20,000 nt of DNA from the IMG/VR virus record IMGVR_UViG_3300013382_000009. The stretch is one strand, 5' to 3'. Positions 17,185 through 20,000 of this stretch are shown here, in pieces; the first letter of the stretch is position 1, and every line of letters starts with the position of its first letter. The DNA comes from an uncultured virus (IMG/VR IMGVR_UViG_3300013382_000009) (taxonomy: Duplodnaviria > Heunggongvirae > Uroviricota > Caudoviricetes). The notes under the pieces were generated by a model. It was not told the origin of the DNA. It searched no databases and saw nothing but the letters and a program-made list of their open reading frames with translations. The translations under genes and the position numbers were made by a program.

Positions 17185-17493
17185 TCACAATTTATCTAAG
17201 AATTTATCCAAATCTTTTGCATACCAGAACTTCTCGGTGAAGCCCTTTCGCTTCTTGCCTTCTGGAAGTCTGCCCTCCTTGACTAACCTTCGGAAGGTGG
17301 AAGGACGAATGCGAGTGTAGGAACATGCTTCGGCAAAGCTCATTCCCTCATCCTTGTTGGCGATCATGTGGAGGAAATCGAGCATCATAAAATTTTGAAG
17401 TTTGTTCGTGAGGCATCTGCCCGAGCGAATACGGTCGTGCAACTCCATAAGTATGGAATCAATAGCCTCCAGTTCCTTTGAAATCTCAGCCAT
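17185..17493 (-). CDS. Helix-turn-helix DNA-binding protein (AlpA/excisionase-like winged HTH)
   Basis: C-terminal MSFAEACSYTRIRPSTFRRLVKEGRLPEG...WYAKDLDKF fits the HTH_17/AlpA pattern. Confidence 0.8.
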   Translation of the reverse strand: MAEISKELEAIDSILMELHDRIRSGRCLTNKLQNFMMLDFLHMIANKDEGMSFAEACSYTRIRPSTFRRLVKEGRLPEGKKRKGFTEKFWYAKDLDKFLDKL

Positions 17494-17496
17494 AAG

Positions 17497-17940
17497 CTAG
17501 CACTTTTTGTTGTGATACCACCAAATGAGGGTTGACACTCCAAGGACTAACGCCAAGAGAATACAGATAATAGATGCCCTACCGATGTCCATCAGTCGCT
17601 GTTCGTTCTTGGTGAGCGTTCTCTGCACAGGATATGGGACGGAAACGGAATCTTGCTTGATGATGGTATCTAGCTTCACCTTATATATATTATGGTAGCG
17701 GTCACGGAAGGTTATCTTCGTGTGGTAGATAGTATCGCCCTTCTGGTACATGAAAACGGAATCTTTTAGATATACGCTATCCAACTTGTGGAAGGTATCG
17801 GTGTGGTTCACGTATTCGGTGTGATACTCTGGCACCTTGATATACTCTTTGCTCTTGCAGCCATACAAGAGAAAAATGAGAAGCAAACCTAGCAGAGCAC
17901 CAATTGCTTTTGTCCATATATTTACATCATACCATTTCAT
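17497..17940 (-). CDS. Lipoprotein with C-terminal TM helix; putative unimolecular spanin
   Basis: Signal peptide with lipobox LLYG|C, a beta-rich DT/DS-patterned middle and a C-terminal TM segment IICILLALVLGVSTLIWW followed by KK. ATG 17940 gives an ATGA overlap with the endolysin stop; 17946 is an alternative start. Confidence 0.72.
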   Translation of the reverse strand: MKWYDVNIWTKAIGALLGLLLIFLLYGCKSKEYIKVPEYHTEYVNHTDTFHKLDSVYLKDSVFMYQKGDTIYHTKITFRDRYHNIYKVKLDTIIKQDSVSVPYPVQRTLTKNEQRLMDIGRASIICILLALVLGVSTLIWWYHNKKC

Positions 17941-18482
17941 ACGCACAAAACCTTTTTACATTTATCCGTCCACTTGGTTCGCTCGGAAAGTCCGTTGGTT
18001 CCACCATTGACTTTCTTTGTGACCTTCAATATATCATCTTTGTCGGCGAGGGCATTGAGACCTTTCTTCCACCAATACCACATGCCGCTCTTGACTGAGC
18101 CATTTTGAGTTTCGAGCAGTTCGGGTTGACTCATGATGTCGCCCTTGCAGAAGCCTGAGTTTTGATAAGCTTGGTAGTTGGCTCGTCCGGTCAACATCAA
18201 GAAACCTCGTCCACGATATTTGAGTCCATCGCCTTTCTGGGTGTTGCCTAACATCTTGGCTAGGTTGCCTTTGTCGTACTTGGAGAAGTAAGCTGGTTTG
18301 CCCACCTCCTTAAGTTGTCTTAATCCATTGGTTTCGTGCAAAACCTGTCCTAAGAAATATGCCATGCGAAGAGGTGTGTTAATCTCGAAGGTGTCCGCCC
18401 ACATATTGATGTAATGCAAGTATCGGTCAACACGATTGGCATCACCGACAATCTCCAACATTTGTGCTCTTGTTATCTTCAT
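17937..18482 (-). CDS. Endolysin, glycoside hydrolase family 19
   Basis: Motifs AYFLGQVLHET, GDGLKYRGRGFLMLTGRANY and TKKVNGGTNGLSER. Confidence 0.93.
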   Translation of the reverse strand: MKITRAQMLEIVGDANRVDRYLHYINMWADTFEINTPLRMAYFLGQVLHETNGLRQLKEVGKPAYFSKYDKGNLAKMLGNTQKGDGLKYRGRGFLMLTGRANYQAYQNSGFCKGDIMSQPELLETQNGSVKSGMWYWWKKGLNALADKDDILKVTKKVNGGTNGLSERTKWTDKCKKVLCV

Positions 18483-18937
18483 GCCTGTTCCTCCTCTGCC
18501 TTTGTTTGCTTCAAAATCTCAATCATAGCCTTGGCTATATCATCTTTGTTCTCTAGGAGAATGCTAACGGTGCGTTCCTGTTTCCGAATCTCTGCCTTTT
18601 GCCAGCTCTTCTCTCGAACGCTAACAAACTCGCAGAACACGCAATATCCTGCCCACAGCATCGAGAAGATAGGTACAGGGCAGTTGGCACAAGCGGCGAT
18701 GATGTCGATGCACACAGCTACCATGAAGGGTGAAAAGTACTTGCGTGCCTTGTCGCACGTCTTCTTGAATCCTCGGCTGGTGGTAGCCTCGCCGTTCTCC
18801 TTGGCTTTCTTGATGCCAAAGAAGAGGTCAACGCCCATGGAAACAACAAGAGCACCCATACAGAGTGCGATGATCAACGCAACCCTATATAGGTGCTCCT
18901 GAAGGAATGTTTGAAATATCTCTGTCATATATACCAT
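18479..18937 (-). CDS. Holin (phage holin family 4-like)
   Basis: Three hydrophobic segments, VDLFFGIKKA..TSRGFKKT..K and CEFVSVRE motifs, and an ATGA overlap with the endolysin. The start is set to ATG 18937 (or 18928) because the track's TTG at 18961 lies inside the -7 promoter element. Confidence 0.85.
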   Translation of the reverse strand: MVYMTEIFQTFLQEHLYRVALIIALCMGALVVSMGVDLFFGIKKAKENGEATTSRGFKKTCDKARKYFSPFMVAVCIDIIAACANCPVPIFSMLWAGYCVFCEFVSVREKSWQKAEIRKQERTVSILLENKDDIAKAMIEILKQTKAEEEQA

Positions 18938-18958
18938 TAATGTTTTGATTAATGGCGA

Positions 18959-19006
18959 CAAAGGTAAATGATACTCCGATATGTTTTTCCGATACCACGA
19001 CTACCC
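18959..19006 (-). promoter_or_regulatory. Putative late promoter for lysis operon
   Basis: Minus strand reads GGGTAGTCGTGGTATCG (19006-18990), a 23-nt spacer, then TACCTTTG (18966-18959), a perfect TAnnTTTG. Confidence 0.8.
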
Positions 19007-19462
19007 TGCTGTAACATACCAAAATATCTTGTCGGTGGGGTGATTGGTGTCCTCATCAGAGAGAAAACTGACAGAAAGGTCGGTTATCTTGTTGATGACA
19101 GACTGCTCCGTTCGAGACCATTTCCTAACAAGTTCGATGTGATTGGAATAGACTAGGTTCATGGTGACGGCGAAGTCCCATAAGTTGTAGTCTGGGATAG
19201 CATCGGCTACCTTCTCGTATTCCTCCCTGACCTCCTCGTAGGAGAAGTATGGCGCAAAAGCCTTCTCGGTGTCGGAACGATAGTAATACATCTGTGCTAT
19301 GCAACCTCTGGCTGATATTTCGTTGAAGTGGCTATTGCCGCTCATAAAGTAGTCTAGGGTTCGCATGGCAGACTCACGCTGAATGTTATCGAAACCACAC
19401 TCTCCATTCTCTAACATTCGCAGGGCATTTCTTGCCTTCGATAATAATGCTAATGATTCCAT
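19001..19462 (-). CDS. Hypothetical protein (153 aa)
   Basis: Well-formed ORF (YNLWDFAVTMNLVYSN...FLSDED...KIFWY) of unknown function that overlaps the upstream gene by 77 nt. Confidence 0.8.
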   Translation of the reverse strand: MESLALLSKARNALRMLENGECGFDNIQRESAMRTLDYFMSGNSHFNEISARGCIAQMYYYRSDTEKAFAPYFSYEEVREEYEKVADAIPDYNLWDFAVTMNLVYSNHIELVRKWSRTEQSVINKITDLSVSFLSDEDTNHPTDKIFWYVTAG

Positions 19463-19883
19463 AAGCGTATATGATAAGGGTTAATACTATCAAGAAGTAG
19501 TGGGCAGGAAGCTGCTCGGGTGTCATGAACCAATGCTGGTACCACAGTCGGATGGCATTGATGCCTATGAAGTAGTAAAACGGAATGCGGATAATCCAAC
19601 ACCAGTGAAAGAAATAGCTCACAGGTATCATGGCAAACGGCATATACAGATAGCATAGCACGTACATCCAGATTACGCAACTGCCATTATCATCTGTATC
19701 GAGGATGGTAGGTCTCGGATAATTGCTGTAATCATATACACCGTACCAGTGGCTTAGCATCAGAAGAAATGGTGCCAGCCAAGACAGGAACTCATAAAAA
19801 CAATAAATCTTGCGGCTCAGTATTACGCTACGCACGGCTTGCCGCTCCTCTTCCGTAAGAGGTGAATCGTTCTTTTGCTTCAT
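19386..19883 (-). CDS. Hypothetical membrane protein (~4 TM, 165 aa)
   Basis: Four hydrophobic, aromatic-rich segments and an AT-rich upstream intergenic region. Confidence 0.8.
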   Translation of the reverse strand: MKQKNDSPLTEEERQAVRSVILSRKIYCFYEFLSWLAPFLLMLSHWYGVYDYSNYPRPTILDTDDNGSCVIWMYVLCYLYMPFAMIPVSYFFHWCWIIRIPFYYFIGINAIRLWYQHWFMTPEQLPAHYFLIVLTLIIYAYGIISIIIEGKKCPANVREWRVWFR

Positions 19884-19963
19884 ATTACTTACGTTTTAAA
19901 AATAATTATGTAGAATTAATTACTAATTCCAGCTAAATATAGGTTAAATGTATTAATCTTCTG

Positions 19964-19971
19964 CAAAATTA
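19964..19971 (-). promoter_or_regulatory. Possible Bacteroidota -7 element upstream of the membrane-protein gene
   Basis: TAATTTTG on the minus strand. The late motif is absent at the corresponding position (19995-20000 reads atttta). Confidence 0.4.
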
Positions 19972-20000
19972 AGCATTTCTAGACAAAAAGGAACATTTTA

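Larger units (their letters stand above)
1..20000. mobile_element. Caudoviricetes phage/prophage late region (head, packaging, tail/fibre, lysis); Bacteroidota host inferred
   Basis: Contiguous TerL, portal, capsid, scaffold, holin, GH19 endolysin and spanin-like genes with no host housekeeping genes. No integrase or att site is in the window, so prophage and free phage cannot be distinguished. Confidence 0.95.

Noticed and set aside
17185..17493. Calling the HTH protein an excisionase marking a prophage end
   Set aside because: No integrase or att-like repeat is nearby, and phage genes continue on both sides.
18938..18961. TTG-start N-terminal extension of the holin given in the ORF track, and a holin dual-start motif
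   Set aside because: The TTG lies within the -7 box. M-V-Y-M gives two possible starts but lacks the basic residue of the lambda S-type dual start, so it is unsupported.
1..20000. Genome-wide stop-codon reassignment (code 15 or 4)
   Set aside because: Long genes (portal, TerL, capsid, 1287-aa) are intact under code 11 with dense packing, and TAG and TGA end genes at plausible positions.

Overview
The whole window is the late (morphogenesis and lysis) region of a tailed dsDNA phage or prophage, probably podovirus-like. The host is inferred to be Bacteroidota, possibly Prevotella-like, from TAnnTTTG promoter elements and A-rich start regions. There are three late units. (1) A leftward unit: scaffold, major capsid protein, two small ORFs and an adaptor-like protein, a 10-aa-repeat fibre protein, a 1287-aa SGNH + CotH-kinase-like protein, and an LRR protein. 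The LRR gene is missing from the ORF track, runs off the left edge and contains a 69-bp tandem repeat. (2) A divergent rightward unit: P22-like portal, three probably paralogous ring/adaptor proteins, TerS and TerL. (3) A leftward lysis unit: holin, GH19 endolysin, u-spanin-like lipoprotein and an HTH protein, preceded by two hypothetical genes. The main observations are these. All three units start with the same promoter architecture, CGTGGTATCG-N23-(T/C)AnnTTTG, with identical spacing. The capsid protein begins with a signal-peptide-like segment. A CotH-kinase-like gene and an LRR gene form a CpG-depleted, apparently swapped module. All protein family calls come from motif recognition by eye, not database searches.
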